Below are positions 51,129 to 64,000 of a stretch of DNA of 64,000 nt, one piece after another; position 1 is the stretch's first letter, and every line of letters starts with the position of its first letter. The translations under genes and the position numbers were made by a program. Below the pieces are notes generated by a model, which ran no database searches, was not told the DNA's origin, and saw only the letters and a program-made list of their open reading frames with translations. Origin of the DNA: Carcharhinus longimanus (Eukaryota); contig JASCQW010000133.1 of the NCBI GenBank assembly GCA_030264375.1, forward strand, positions 31,923,290-31,987,289, read 5' to 3'.

Positions 51129-53379
51129 CTTGAAACAAAGAAACAGGATGAAAATAATAAATAAGTGTTGCACTGTAAGAGATCAGAACCACAGATATGA
51201 TTCCATGACATCTGTCATGTGTTTGATTTTTTTGTCTGTTATCACTCATGGAAATCATTCTTGGTGGTGAAGTTTTTGCAAAACAAAAATCACAGCTCAG
51301 AACTGGATTAATTGTGATAGACAGCTAAAATATAGTCTTTCCATAACTACCACCTGGTTGAATCTAACTGAAGGTTAAAACTCTCTTCTCTCTACTGGTT
51401 GTTGAGTTCTTAATAAAATCAGTTGTACCCAGCGTCATCAGTTTTTATTTGGCAGAAAACCACAGCATAAATTGGTCAGGTTTAATAAAGTCATGAAAGG
51501 ACACACATAAAATCTTCCACTGATAGTAGCAATCTCATCTGTGACAAACACATTGCATAGCTTGGTCCTGGGTTTCTTTTATGGCTTGGAAGTGGCTCTT
51601 CCATTGCCAGTTTAGGAGTTTTGAACTATGGAGGAGAACTCTTTAGGCACCTCCTTTAAGCCATAAATGTAATCCTTTCTGAACTTTACTTAGACAGACC
51701 ATAATACATCTCTTTCCTCTTCAGTGCAGACAGCCATCCAGACTGAACTTGGCATCTACCAGATCTCAAAAGCACTGATTTCTGTTGAACCATGCAAGGT
51801 TGTACTTGGGAGTGCCATCTTCTTATTTAGTTAGCCCATTGTTCAAGATGGTCAATACAGAATGATAAATCCTAACATAAAGCATTCCCTCATAGCTTTA
51901 TTAGAACATCCGACTTGTCAATCCAGATGAATAATTAAGATCATGGCTGATGGCAGGTTTTAGCCAATGTAAAAGCCATTTACAATCACTTTTGTGCACT
52001 TGCTCACCCTTGCAGATGAAGGAAACCCACTGATCCTAGTGCATCTCTCTAATAACCTTTCTGTCTCATGAGAAGCTGCAGTATAATCTACCTTTTTAAT
52101 AGTTCAATTTTCCAAAGAGATTTCAAGTTTAACTTTGAAGGCCTCCAGCTTTTCCTAAAGGTTCCCCTTTTCTTTGCAATTATCAGTAATAATGCACTGA
52201 GTGTCTAGCTGACTGTAGTTTCTACTTAATCATGATTTCAGCAACCACAGCAAGAATACCACTAGTCTTGTTATTTGCCATCATATTCATTCTATTAGTC
52301 ATACAATTCCAGACCCAGGATTCATGGACAGAAACAGCCTTCCTGTTGCTAAGTGCCTTGGCCAGTTTGTGTAAAAGTACAGAGGCCTTCATCCATTCTA
52401 ACATGACAGTTATGCTGACTCGAATTCAGCATCCTGTCCCAGACAGATTACAGCTATTTTATTAATTAAGGAAGCGACTCGTCATGATTTAAAATTTTAG
52501 TGATGCTTAACAATACAAGGAAAACAAAAGGATATAGTATTTTATTCAACATTGAATAATCAATTGTTGTTCCACACTGAACAGTATNNNNNNNNNNNNN
52601 NNNNNNNNNNNNNNNNNNNNNNNNNNNNNNNNNNNNNNNNNNNNNNNNNNNNNNNNNNNNNNNNNNNNNNNNNNNNNNNNNNNNNNNTGCTGATGCCATG
52701 TAAAGCTTGGAATGTGAAGCTTGCAACAATCTAGAAATTGCTCTGTAACATTATCTAGAAACATCATCTAGTATGTAGAGAGCATGCTTCTGAAGTACAT
52801 ATACACATCCCACAAGCCAAGGCTTATCCTCTAAGGAGTATAATTTTCCAGACAGTTAGTTGAGCATGCCAATTTCCACTACTTCAGTCTTGGCCTTGCT
52901 AGGGCCCAGTTTCATCTGGGTCTTCTTACCCATGGGTTCTTAGGTGACAATCAGCATTCACAAATTTTCCAGAGGGATACAAACCTGTTTCCAAGAAAAG
53001 TTCAATATCAGGCTACTTCTCATCAAAGAAATTGGGATTTCAGGTGGCAATGCAGACCTGACTTACGAGGGGCATCCTTGAGATTCTTGGATGGAGTGAT
53101 CGTGATGCCAGGTTGAAGATGTTAGCTGACATATTGCAAACATCAATGCAGGTGATGCTCATGGGTAAAATATTTAAATGGATTGACCAGGAGCTTCCTG
53201 CTTTCCTTCAACCCAGATCTCAAACCTAACTTTGTTAGGTCGGGGAGCTAGGTGACTCAAGTATCTGTTGAAACATTCCTCACAGTGTCTTTTTCAGAGA
53301 TTCATTAGTATTCCATGCTTCTTCAGAACTCCCAGTCCTCCCACTGCACTAACACTGGCTCAATTCATAACTGATTTTA

Positions 53380-54700
53380 CAAATAGAGTCTCAACTCAAT
53401 TAATGCCAAGGAAGTTAGTTCCGGGATATTGAGCCATCAACCGTGAAGAAACAGCAGTAGACTTCCAAGGCCGGACAGAATATGGTTTGGAGGGGAACTT
53501 GCAGGGATTGATGTTCCCAGTCATCAGTTGCCCTGGCCCTTCTAGGTAATAGCACTCATTGGTTTGAAAGGGGCTGTCAAAGGGGGCTTAATGAGTTACT
53601 GCAGTGCATCTTGCAGATGGTACACAATGACCCTACTGTGTACGTTGATGGAAAGAATGAATGTTTAAGGTGGTGGATGGGGTGCCAATTAAGCAGGCTG
53701 CTTTGTCCTGGATGGTGTTGAGCTTACTGAGTGTTGTTGGAGCTACAGTCATCCAGCCAAGTGCTGTGTATTCTATCACAGTCCTGGCGAGTGCCTTATA
53801 AATGGTGGACAATCTTTGAGGAATCAGAAGGTGAGTTACTCTCTGCAGAGTAAGTTCTGCTGGGCTAGTAGCTTACAGTGCTTCGTTGATCCCAGTTCTA
53901 AGTTGCTAGATCTGTCAAAATCTATTCCATTTAGCACAGTCCATAAAATAAGGTAAAGGGTATCTTCAGTGTGGAGATGGGAATTTATCTCCACAAGGAT
54001 TGTGCACTGCTAACTTCTACCAGTACTGCCAAGGAGAAATGCACCTGTGCCAGTTAGTCTGTGTGGACAAAGTCTTGTTGGTTCATTCACATCTGCCACA
54101 GGCTCAGAGTAGCAGTTATGTCCTTTAGGACTCAGCTAATTCAGTCACTAGTGGTGCTGTTAAGCCACTCTTGATAGTGGACGTTGAAGTCCACCACCCA
54201 GAGCACATTTTGTTGTGTGTTTGTACCATCAGTGCTTCTCCCAATTGACGTTCAACATGGACATTTACTGAATCATCAGCTGTGGGGAGTCAGGGCGGGA
54301 GCTGGGGCACGAATATAGGTAACAATCAGCAGGAGCTTTTCTTGCCCATGTTTGACTTGATACTGCGAAACTTCATGGCTTCCAGGGCCAATGTTGAAGA
54401 TTCCCAAGGTAACTACTTCCCGACAATATGCCATTGTGCTGCCATCGCTGCTGGGTCTGCTCTGCTAGTGGGACAGGACATACACAGAGATAGTGATGGT
54501 AGCGTCTGGGACATTGTCTGTCAGAGTGCTGCTCGACTGGTTTGTGGACAGCTCTTTTGGCATTAACTTTTTATAAGGCGGATTTTGCAGTGTTGGCAGA
54601 GCTAGGTTTGCCATTGCAATTTCCGATGCCTGCCAGGTAATTTATCTGGTTTCACTCCCTTTTTAAACGCTTCCATGAGGTTTGTTACAACCCAGTGGCA
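53380..54700 (-). mobile_element. CR1/L2-group LINE remnant with endonuclease and 3' segments
   Basis: Minus strand NVLWVVDFNVH (APE GDFN motif) near 54175-54210. Confidence 0.6.
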
Positions 54701-55385
54701 TACTAGGTTTTTTATCAGAGGGCATCAAAGAGTCACCTACGTTGCTGTGGGTCTGGAGTCATATGAAAACCAGACCAGGTAAGAATGGCATATTTCCTTC
54801 ATGGTCAACATTAGTTTCAGACTAATGTTCTAAAGACTAGCTTTTAGTTTCAGATTTATTAATCAGCTGCTGTGGTGGGATTTAAACCCACGTCCGCAAA
54901 ACATTAATCTGGGCGACTGGAATATTGGTTCAGAGATTTGCAGAATGTCTCATCACCAGAACTTTCAAACAAGACATAGCTTGGCTGGCAGTGAGAAAAG
55001 CACTCCCCATCAGATCATTTTTATATGCCCTGAATTTTCTATAAGTTTGAAATCAAAACCTTTTGCAATGTACTTTTGCACATTTTATGAAATAAAGTAT
55101 ATTTTTGGACAAAAAGGTGCAAGATTGTGGCTGAGGAACAGTTGCCTGTTTGCGTTAGGGTAGGCCCAGGAGCTACAGAGCAAGTGAAATGCTTTGCAAA
55201 GCAGAAAACACAATTAAAGAAATGAAGGAAAATAGGGATGTTTAAAGAAAATCCTAAATTTCCCTATGCACGCTGGTGCAAACCTCACCACTTGATGGCA
55301 CTGTGCAAGACAATTCAGCATGCAGCAATACTCCACTATTCTTCACTTGTTACTTAGAGGAAACATAAAATCAGGCATGTCTTAC

Positions 55386-55452
55386 CTTCTGCAAATAGAC
55401 TTGTTGCCAGTCAATACCTTTAAAAAAAGGATGCTCTTTCACTTCTACAGCT
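55386..55452 (-). CDS. GRK3: GRK3 exon 16 equivalent: (G)AVEVKEHPFFKGIDWQQVYLQK
   Basis: 67 nt; acceptor ctacag|A, donor AAG|gtaag; visible inside ORF 55371..55601. Confidence 0.95.
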
Positions 55453-55474
55453 CTGTAGAGATAAAATAAATAAT

Positions 55475-56957
55475 TAGTAACCCTGGCATTAGACAACAAC
55501 ATATCTTCAGACATAGTTGCACCAAGAAACAAGATATCATCAGTGACACTGAGTAACAATAAATTATTTTCTAATCGCTCCATGCAACTGAAATTGCTCA
55601 CCCTGTACCATCCTAATGAATTTCTTTTGGACTCTCTTCAAGGCCTTGACAACCTTCCAAAAGTGTGTGGTTCTGACTTGAGCACAATAACCCCACTGGA
55701 ACCTAACAAGTGACTTATAAAGGTTTAGCATGACTTCCTTGCCTTCTCAACGTGCCCTGATATCAGTGATACTAGCATTGAGCAACAATTGAAATTAGTA
55801 AAACTACCACTGAGCAACAAAAAATGATTAATCGTGGGATGAAGGAACAAGACATAATCATTTATGCTGGCACTAGCAGCGAAATATAATTATTGTTTCT
55901 TGATGTTAAGTGCCAGGCTCAATCAGTAAATATGTGAGTAAGTAATACAAAATCATCAAGTCTGGCAGTGTGCAACAGAATATAATCATTCCATGCAGTT
56001 TAAAGTGTCAGAGCTAATTCGTAATCCTGGAAGAGGAAACAAGATATAATCTTTAACAATGACACAAATCAACAGCAACCCCTCTTTAAGCAAATATACA
56101 TAAACCTGCCACTGAGCAACAAGATATCACTATTACCACTGGCACACAGCATCAACATATCATCACTAACATTGCTATTGAACATTAAGGTATCATCACT
56201 AACACTGGTACTAGTGCTCAGCGAATGGATATCATTGCTAAAACTGCTACTGAGCAACAAGATATCATCTAATACTGGCTCTGAGCAACAAGTTATCATC
56301 ACTAACACTGGCACTAAACAATAAGATATCATCACTAATCCTGGCATTGAGTAAGAAGTTATCACTAACCATGGCAGTGAGCATCAAATGATCATCGTGA
56401 GTGCTGGCACTGAGCTGAGAGATATTATCACTAATACTGGCACCAGATAATGAGGTATCACCACCACTAACCTTGGCAGTGAGCAATAAGATATTATCAT
56501 GAACACTGGTATGAGCAATGAAACATCACTGCCAATCCTGGCATCAAGCAATAAAATATCACTAACCCTGGCATTCAGCAACATATTATCATCACAAACC
56601 TTGGCACTGAGTAATAACACATCATCACTAATCTGGGCACTAAGCAATAAGATATCATCGCTAATACTGGCGCTGAATAATAAGGTATCATCGCTAATGC
56701 TGGCACTGAGCAATAAGATATCATCACTAATACTAGCACTGCGCAATAAGATATCATTGCTAACACTGGCACTGCACAATAAGATATCATCACTAATACT
56801 AGCACTGAGCAATAAGGTATCATCAATAAAACTAGCACTGAGCAATAAGATATCATCACTAATACTGGCACAGAGCAATAAGGCATCATCGCTAATACTA
56901 GCACCAAGCAATAAGGCATCATCGCTAATACTGGCACTGAGTAATAAGGCATCATGC
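55475..56957. repeat. 33-bp tandem array (consensus CTAATACTGGCACTGAGCAATAAGATATCATCA) in GRK3 intron 15
   Basis: 11-aa periodicity in ORFs on both strands; homogeneous at 56630-56957, decaying leftward. Confidence 0.9.
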
Positions 56958-57790
56958 ATATAATAATGGCATGTAGCATGAAGCCATATAGACTATATTT
57001 TGTTTAGAATTATGGAATCAGCTTTGTCATATTACATACTGAGGATATACATTCCAGCATTAGCTCATGTACCTTCAGTCATTAGTGTCATAAAAGTGAA
57101 TTATTGGGCAAGAACTTCTGGAGAGCAACAAACAGTCAAATTAACACTCCTTTTTACGAAGCTTAGTTTGGAGCTGCACCTTTCTCATCTGGACCTCCAT
57201 GTTGGGCCTGATGAGCAATGTGCAGCATATCTGGTTCCCAGTCCTTCCTTTACAGGCCAATAGCATTGGAGATAATGAAGCCTTTTTATTGTGCTAGCTA
57301 CCATAAATCAGGTTAGTTTAAAGGTGCGAGCCACTTTGAGAAGCTATGGAGAAGGTAAGTGTGTAAGGTAAGTAGGTGAGGGGTTAGTGTGATTGGGTGG
57401 GGACTTCAGGTCAGGAGACCAAGTGACAAGGAGTTGGGGCTGGTGTGTTGGGTGACAATGGGAAAGGAAGTTGGCTGGTCAGGGGGAAGGGGTGTAGTCA
57501 GGACTGTCAGGAGGGCAGTTGGGAGAGTTTGAGGGAGAGTGGGAAAGGGCACTTTGGGCAATAGTATGCAGNNNNNNNNNNNNNNNNNTGCAGGGTAGAT
57601 GGGGATGAGAGAAACTTACAGAGACTCCCCCAGCACACTTTCTGGAGATCAGAAGTTCAGGGCCATTTTTATTGTCAGCCATCATTTATCTTATTGTATT
57701 CAACATATGAGAAGCCACATCCACAATACATAATGATACAGGTCGATAACCTGCTCCACAGCACAAGAAAAACATAAATCTGCTGCCTAC

Positions 57791-57891
57791 CCTCGTCCTA
57801 GGCACCCCAGCCGCTTGGCAACATCTCGCTGTAGAAGGCCTTCCAAAAGGGACTTCAACTCCACAGAGAAAGAATCTGGTAATTCCACATT
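57791..57891 (-). CDS. GRK3: GRK3 exon 15 equivalent: [33 protein letters not shown](G)
   Basis: 101 nt; acceptor ctcag|AAT, donor GG|gtaggc. Confidence 0.95.
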
Positions 57892-58019
57892 CTGAGGGAG
57901 GAAATTGAAAAATTAAACACTGTTGAAGACCAGGACTCTTGTCTATGTGGAATAGAGGTTCACTGCATTCCTCTCAACAGCTCCAATAATGTTGGAAATT
58001 CCTGACATCAAACAACATT

Positions 58020-59350
58020 GCTGAGCAAAATCAACAAAACTATTTATGAGTTGCCTTTCACATTCTCAAAACATCTCAAAGTCCTTCAAAGCCAATGAAT
58101 TCATTTTAGAGTGCACTCACTTTGTAATGCAGGTAAATCAGAGGGATATAAACAGGTTAGGTGAGTGAGTAAAAACTTGGCAGGTGGAATATAATGTAGG
58201 AAAATGTGAAGTCATGCACTTTGGTAGTAAGAATAAAGGAGCCGAATATTATTTAACTGGTGAAAACTACAGTACAGGGATTTGGGAGTCCTTGTGCATA
58301 AATCACAAAAAGCTAGCTTGTAAGTTCAGCAGGTAATTGGGAAGGCAAATGGAAGGTTGGCTTTTATTTCAAAGGGAACGGAGGAAAAAATATGGAAACA
58401 CTAGTTAGACCACATCTGGAATACTGTGAACAGTTTTGCTTCCCTTTCCTAAAAAAAATATACAGATAGTCCAGCGAAATGTCACTAGGTTGATCCTGGA
58501 TATAGAAGGATTTTCTTATGAGGAGATATTAAGTAGGTTGGGTCTGTGCTCATTTGAGTTTAGAAGAATGAGGGGTGACCTTATTGAGCTATATAGGATG
58601 GTAGCTGATCTTGTCCATTCCTGCCCTGATACCAGCAAAAATGGAGAATTTGGCACCAGTCAAAAGTCCATTCAATGCAGCTGCAGTGAACAAAACCAGC
58701 CATGGAGGAGGTCGGAGGTTTTTGGCAACAGGATTGAGGGTGCCTGACAGGGTAGATGCTGAGAAACTATTTACCCTGTGGGAGAGTCTAGGAGTAAGAG
58801 TTTGCCTATTTATGAGAGATGAAGAGGAATTTCTTCTCTTAGAAGGTAACGAATTGGGGAATTCGATACCGCAGAGGGCTGTAGCGGCTGGGTCATTAAG
58901 TACGCTCAAGGCTGAAATAAACATTTTTAGTCAGTAAGGAAATAAAGGGTTATGGGGATAAAGTGGAGAAGTCATAATCTTACTGAATGTGGAGCACTGG
59001 ATGGCCAAATTGTCTACTTCTGCTCCAATGTCTGTTGGTCAAATGCAGCAAATTTGCACAAAGCAAGACCCACAAACAATGACATAAACTGCCTCAATGG
59101 AGTTGGTCGAGGGATAAAAGTTGACCAAGAAATCTAGAAAACTCTCATGCTCTTCTCTGAAAATGTCATTGGAGTTTTATGTCCACCTAAAAAGACAGAC
59201 TTAATTTAACCTTGTCTGAAGGATGTAATTGCTAATGATGCAGCATCACTTTAGGACTGCAGTCAAGTGTCAGCCTAGATTGTGCGTTCAAGTTTCTGGA
59301 GTAGGACCTGAATCCATAACACTCTGACTCAAAAGCAAGAAGACTACCAA
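58020..59350 (-). mobile_element. Deu-domain SINE split by a CR1 insertion
   Basis: Tail at 58040-58138 and body at 59040-59350 are contiguous once the CR1 is removed. Confidence 0.55.
58140..59030 (+). mobile_element. CR1 LINE 3' part
   Basis: WQVEYNVGKCEVMHFG; SYEEILSRLGLCSFEFRRMRGDLIE. Confidence 0.85.
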
Positions 59351-60089
59351 ATATAAGAAAACAGGCTGTATATTAATTAACTTGCTAATTACACTGTAAA
59401 CCAGATTGTACTGCTCAATAACCCAGTCTCTGAAAGCTTCACATTCAACTTACACTTCATGCATACAAGAGTCACAATTTAACTCATTCAATATATGTGA
59501 AAAGTGCCTTTTACTTGATTAGGGCTGTAAAATACTTTGAATCCCCTTCTAAATAAGACAGCAAACTTACATTGCTGAGTATTTAGGCTCTGGTTTCTTT
59601 TGCCTTGTCTTCCCATCTGCTCCATCACTCCCTCTCCCCATCCTCTCCAACTGTTGGCTCAAGGCCCACTAAAGCCCATCACTCCATTACTAAGCTTGGC
59701 AGGCAGATGATCTTTTCCCAGGTTACCGCAGAGGTCACACTATTCCTATGCCTTACAAAATTTGAGAATGTTGACTGACTTCCTGGCACAACTTTATCTC
59801 CTTCCGTATCTCATCTTAACTTAGATCTTTCCCAGATGGTTTGGCAGAGATCAAGAGACTCCCATTCAAAGATCATGTGATACAAATATCCATATTCTAA
59901 CATATTGTGCCACTGGTCCTTTATCAACTTGGAAGAAAAACTAACATCCTTCTTTTACCATATTGGAACCCAAAGCTTTACTCTCAATATCTGTACTGAT
60001 GTACTATATTGTCACTGGGGTAATGTGAACTGTGTTTACTTCTAGATTTGCCTTTGATATGAACGACTTCTCTCTAATAGGGTGCTATC

Positions 60090-61800
60090 AGTAGTATTCC
60101 TTCATTAGCTGACCAGAAGAAATTGTTTGAACAACAGCAACTTCAGTTAATACAGCAAATCTAACATGGTAAAACATGCTTCAGCGTTTAACCAGTGGCG
60201 GTCTCAATAAAAATATTGAGCTACGAGGATATACAAGGAAGGATGGCAAGATGGCACAATGGCTAACACTGCTGCCTCACAGCTCCAAGGGCTCAAATTC
60301 AATTCCAGCCTTGGGTGACTGTATGGAGCTTGCACATTCTCCCCTTTTCTGCGTGGGTTTCCTCCGGGTTTTCAGATTTCACAGTCCAAAGATGTGCAGT
60401 TTTTTTGGATTGGCCATGTTAAATTGCCCCTTAGATTACCCCAAGATATGTAAGTTAGGAGGATTAGCGGGGTAAATGCATGGGGTTACACGGATAGGAC
60501 AGAGGGTGGGCTTGGATGGGATGCTCTTTCAGAGAGCCAGTGCAGACCTAATGGATCAAATGGTCTCCTTCTGCACTGTAGATATTCTATGATTCTATGG
60601 ATAGATGAATAGATACTTAATCACAGAGGTTGGTTTTAAGAGAACGTCTTTGAAGAAGAAAAAGGTAGAAAGACAATTAGAGGAAGAAATATAGTGCTTA
60701 GGACCAAAGTAGCTGAAAACACAGGTGCCAATGTTAGAATGATTAAAATTAAGGATGCGCAAGAAGCCAGAATTTGAAGAGCACAGAGATCCTGAAGGCT
60801 TATAAGGTTGAAGGAGATTTCAGATATAGGGAGAGGCTAAGCAATGGAGGATTTTGAAAACAAGGATGAAGATTTTAAAATTGAGGCATGTTGAACCAGG
60901 AGCCATGGTAAACAAACAGATGAGGGAATAAGCTTAAGCTTATAGAGCGTAGAATGTGGGTGACCAACCAGGAGTCTTTCTGAATAGTTAATTCTAGAGA
61001 TGACAAAGACATGGATGAGGATTTCTGTGGCAGATACGCTGAGGCAGGGTCAGAGACAAGTGATGTTACAGAGGTGGAAGCAAATAATCTTGGTGATAAT
61101 TTGGATTTGTAGCCAAAAATTCATCTTGGGGTCAAATATAACACCAGATCGTGAATGGTTTTACTCCGCTTAGTTTCCATGGACGTAAATAAGTGTCGGG
61201 GAAGGATTTTATGGGGAGAGAGGGATCCTTCTCAGTATTTTGCTGGAAGAAAGTTTTGGTCATCCAATATTGGATGTCAGACAAGCATAAGAACATAAGA
61301 AATAGGAGCAGGAGTAGGCCATCTAGCCCTTTGAGCCTGCCCCGCCATTCAATAAGATCNNNNNNNNNNNNNNNNNNNNNNNNNNNNAGATCCCTGAGGG
61401 ACTCAAGACATAACAATGCAGGAGTGGGTAAAAAATCATTGCAGATGTTCTTCTGGTCAGAATTAGATAGATAAGAATGGAATTTAGCAAACATAATTTC
61501 ACCCGACTGGGGGACGTAGAGCAGGCATTGGAGGATTATAATGTGGACACCTTACTCAAAAACTTAAACAGGTTAACAAAAATGAGAAATGATAACTAGT
61601 CACAATCACAAAGAATATTCTTAGTGATTTTGGCGATGGCTGTTCCAATACCACAGCCAGACAGGAAGCTTGACTGGTGGGTTTCAAACAACTTTGGAGA
61701 AGAAAGGGAGATTATAAGTAGGTGGTAGTTTGCTGGGACAGAGTCATCAAGGGTAGATTTTATTGAGTTGGGATGATGACAGCAGATTTGGGGAAGGGGA
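60090..61800 (-). mobile_element. L2-type LINE remnant (with SINE and CR1-tail inserts)
   Basis: CLSDIQYWMTKTFFQQNTEK resembles the L2 RT C-terminal CLSDI..WM..N.LQLN..K motif. Confidence 0.65.
60241..60598 (+). mobile_element. HE1/V-SINE-like SINE
   Basis: Full head, body and ATTCTATGATTCTATG tail. Confidence 0.8.
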
Positions 61801-62337
61801 AGAAAAGGAAGTGAACAAAAACTGGAAAACCTCTAACAGCATCTGTGGAGAGAGAATAGAGCCAACATTTCGAGTTTGGATGACCCTTCAAAACGTCAGA
61901 CTGGAGAACCAGAAAGAGGGCTTGGAGCTAGAGCTGGTAAGGGTGTTTGGGGTCCCCTTCAAGGCTGTGTCTGGGTGTTTAGGTTGTTACTCTGAAGTGA
62001 GAAGGATTTTTTTTTCCTTTTAAGTCTTTCAGAGTAATGCTCAGGGTAAAACCAACAGAAGCATCTGACATAAGCAATCTAAATCACTTCTTTGGATGGA
62101 TCTGAGCCCAACGCAATTGTCAAGAGAAAGTTAGCACTTTTGGGCAATTACTGGGTAAACCTTTACATGCAAACCTCTTGGAAGGATTCCCCAGCACATC
62201 AGTGGGGGACTCCCCAAATCCGACACTGGGGAATCTGAAAGTTATGGACCTTAATGCTCCAGCAGCTCTTTGACAGAATTCTGAAGCAGCATGACAGATT
62301 CACTGCCTCATTTATGAATTGCGATCTGTTTTCTTAC

Positions 62338-62404
62338 CATTGTGAGCGTCATGCGGTCAATCTCATGCTTATCCTTTGTTTTGTGCTGTCGGAATGGGCT
62401 GTGC
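62338..62404 (-). CDS. GRK3: GRK3 exon (human exon 14 equivalent): (G)[22 protein letters not shown]
   Basis: 67 nt; acceptor catcag|G, donor ATG|gtaag; peptide matches the GRK2/3 kinase domain. Confidence 0.95.
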
Positions 62405-64000
62405 CTGATGAGAGAATAAATAAAGTTTGTTAATTGAGACCGAGCAGACTGAGTGCAGCATTATTGTTCATCGACTAGATGGCCAGTGATGTGGGAATGA
62501 TGATGGCAAGGGATGGGCAGGAAAATGGGAAATGTTGGTGAAAAAGGAGAAGGAAAGGAAAAGACAGACTATATTGTTGCGAAACTTAACAACTCAAATG
62601 ATAATACCAAATATTTGTGTTAGGAGATTGGATACCAAGGCAGAAAGACTAGCATCCTGTGAAATGTCAAGCATCACTAGGAGAATGACAGGAGGACAAC
62701 TGTTTGATCGTACATATTTTTGATACTTTTGTTTTCATAAAAGACAAATCCATTATTTTGCATTAGTTTTTTTGCTTTTCCATTTCAAAATGCATCCCTG
62801 ACAAATTACCTCTGTTCTCTTTGCTTTACTACTACAATGTAGGTATAGGCATTGTGCAGCAATTGCCAATATATCTGTGGCATAGGCAGGTTTTAATTTT
62901 GATTTTGTGGCACCATAGTATTTAAATTGCAAATTAAAAGTGCTGTGGCACTCTAGCCTCCAGTTGGCACTAAACATGGCCTGTGGTAAGAAGAATGATT
63001 AAATTTAAACTGTGAAGCATGCCAACATGGGTTCCTGATGGCTCAATTGTTTGACAGCACTGCCTAATCTATGGTACTTAATACCCATGCTCATGCACGA
63101 AGAAATCACTTGGGTGAGATACCAAAGGATATTTAAAACTGCTGGTACTATTTCCTAACAATTGACAGTGCTTTCAGAAGAGAAAGGGAGAAAATTAATT
63201 AGACAATAATGCAGCATCCTCTTCCAGTGCCAGGTCTATCTTTATATTTTTAAGCTAAAATTTGCTTCCCATCTCTCCTGAATACACATTCTTGCTGGTT
63301 TATTGTTGTATGGGCAAAAATGGACTTTTCAGTACCTTGCTTTAAATATGAGCTAAAACAGTGACCATTGAAAGAGTATTCAATTGCAGGGTGTGACATC
63401 TCAGCAAAGCCACTGCTTTTCTCACCTAACAACCGCACACGTGCTTTTTCCAGAAAGGGTCAATAAACAATGATTATGAACAGGAACCTAGCAAATTTTA
63501 CCCTTCTTTGCCTTAGCTGCTGAAGCAACTGAACTGCCGTGCCCCATCTGTTGCCACAGCTGAAACAAGCTACATTTGCTGCAGTCTGAGGATTAAATAT
63601 GAAACTTTTTAGTTTGCTTTGTATGTTAACAGACTGAATATATTTTTACTCACTAAGCCCTCAGAGGAGCGAGCAAAGATTTTTCTTTATAACATCTGTG
63701 AATATACTTTAGCAATGTGGAATTTAACTTGTCTTCATTTACAGTATTTCCCGAACAAACTAAATGTACTGCAGCTGGGTTTGATCTATGAATAGGCTCG
63801 TTGCTCCTTTTATTCCAAAGAATATTTTCTTTGCTAACATACAGTGTTGGCATATAACTCAGAGCATTGACTGGAGTTGAGATTCTTTCATAAACAAGAT
63901 GTAATTTGTCTTTTGAGCCAGCAGGTAGCAATCCTGTTGCACAAGACTCCGATCGAGGGCACATCCCAACCACAAGGTTCAGTAGCTGATGAGCTGCTTA

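Larger units (their letters stand above)
33150..62404 (-). other. GRK3: GRK3 (beta-adrenergic receptor kinase 2) gene, 3' part: eight coding exons from the kinase C-lobe through the PH domain; 5' exons lie beyond the right edge
   Basis: Eight exons splice in frame with GT-AG boundaries and compatible phases. GRK3-type residues: [69 protein letters not shown]-terminal HRNSNGL*. Confidence 0.9.

Noticed and set aside
51188-51268. Imperfect hairpin upstream of exon 17 (pre-miRNA?)
   Set aside because: Only about 12+5 paired bases with a large loop; too weak for a miRNA precursor.
55475-56957. CRISPR-like or C/D snoRNA-cluster reading of the array (GTGATGA on the GRK3 strand)
   Set aside because: Units abut with no unique spacers and there are no cas genes; the consensus unit has no D box (CTGA) on the same strand.
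56384-56979. Long ORFs (191, 154, 134 aa), one LRR-looking (LILALSNKISS)n
   Set aside because: By-products of the 33-bp tandem unit. The Asn is one position off the LxxLxLxxNxL consensus, and the ORFs are intronic with no supporting gene structure.
60241-60320. tRNA-like A/B-box sequences at SINE heads (also near 7640 and 10734)
   Set aside because: They are SINE 5' heads continuing into the SINE body; no complete cloverleaf.

Overview
AT-rich vertebrate genomic DNA with several N gaps. The repeat content (HE1/V-SINE-like and Deu-domain SINEs, CR1, L2, Rex1, Penelope-type fragments) points to a shark/elasmobranch; this is inferred, not checked. The right half holds the last eight coding exons of a minus-strand beta-adrenergic receptor kinase gene, best assigned as GRK3 (ADRBK2). 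All introns are GT-AG, the exon sizes are 67/101/67/96/163/137/114/162 nt, and the stop is at 33150. A long, transposon-poor stretch after the stop is the probable 3' UTR. At the left edge, a CpG-island first exon (1644->1321, minus) encodes the N-terminus of an unidentified single-pass membrane protein. Positions 4-15 kb are a multi-level transposon nest (Gypsy > hAT > solo LTR/SINE/Rex1/CR1 > SINE) with two locally templated insertions. Other notable signals are degenerate minimal hammerhead-ribozyme motifs in Penelope-type repeats (one inside a 540-bp foldback downstream of the GRK3 stop), a shuffled inverted-repeat structure over a candidate poison exon in GRK3 intron 19, and a polar 33-bp tandem array abutting exon 16. 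I found no demonstrably new biological system; the leads below are ranked as hypotheses. Repeat boundaries are approximate unless a TSD is cited.
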